This document shows, piece by piece, positions 24,820 through 24,854 of a stretch of DNA of 24,854 bases. The position numbers and the translations under genes were made by a program. The notes under the pieces are model-generated. The model ran no database searches. It was not told where the DNA came from and was given only the letters and a program-made list of their open reading frames with translations. The stretch is from a bacterium (GTDB lineage Bacteria > Zhuqueibacterota > Zhuqueibacteria > Oceanimicrobiales > Oceanimicrobiaceae): NCBI GenBank assembly GCA_046757165.1, contig JBHHXT010000057.1:1-24854 (forward strand), written 5' to 3'. Every line of letters starts with the position of its first letter. The first letter of the stretch is position 1.

Positions 24820-24854
24820 CAAGAGATTAGCAAATATTCACATAATCGCTTGAT

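Overview
GC-rich bacterial window with 13 well-supported CDSs. Three secreted proteins carry 'NYPNPFNP...WDGRD...ASGVYFYR' FlgD-Ig/T9SS-like tails, which suggests an FCB-group lineage such as KSB1 or Calditrichota (inference). The minus strand carries, in transcription order: an orphan PAS hybrid histidine kinase, an uncharacterised membrane protein, a Ser/Thr kinase-TIR-AAA_35 (STAND-like) fusion translationally coupled to an AAA_35-TM-coiled coil-WD40 protein, a TPR-like membrane-anchored protein, an FG-GAP propeller protein, a metzincin-like protease and a dockerin+cohesin protein. A choice-of-anchor B-like protein lies on the + strand. A convergent operon encodes an amidohydrolase, an atypical Fpg/Nei glycosylase, a DASS transporter and a universal stress protein. 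Two things stand out. First, the paired STAND module has a kinase, a TIR domain retaining its catalytic Glu, and a probably extracytoplasmic WD40 sensor. Second, almost every long intergenic region holds a different family of palindromic or short-period inverted repeat. One of these (13827-14025) encloses an internally deleted four-helix-bundle (23S rRNA-IVP/bAvd-like) gene that the ORF track misses. All family assignments come from reading motifs by eye; no searches were run.
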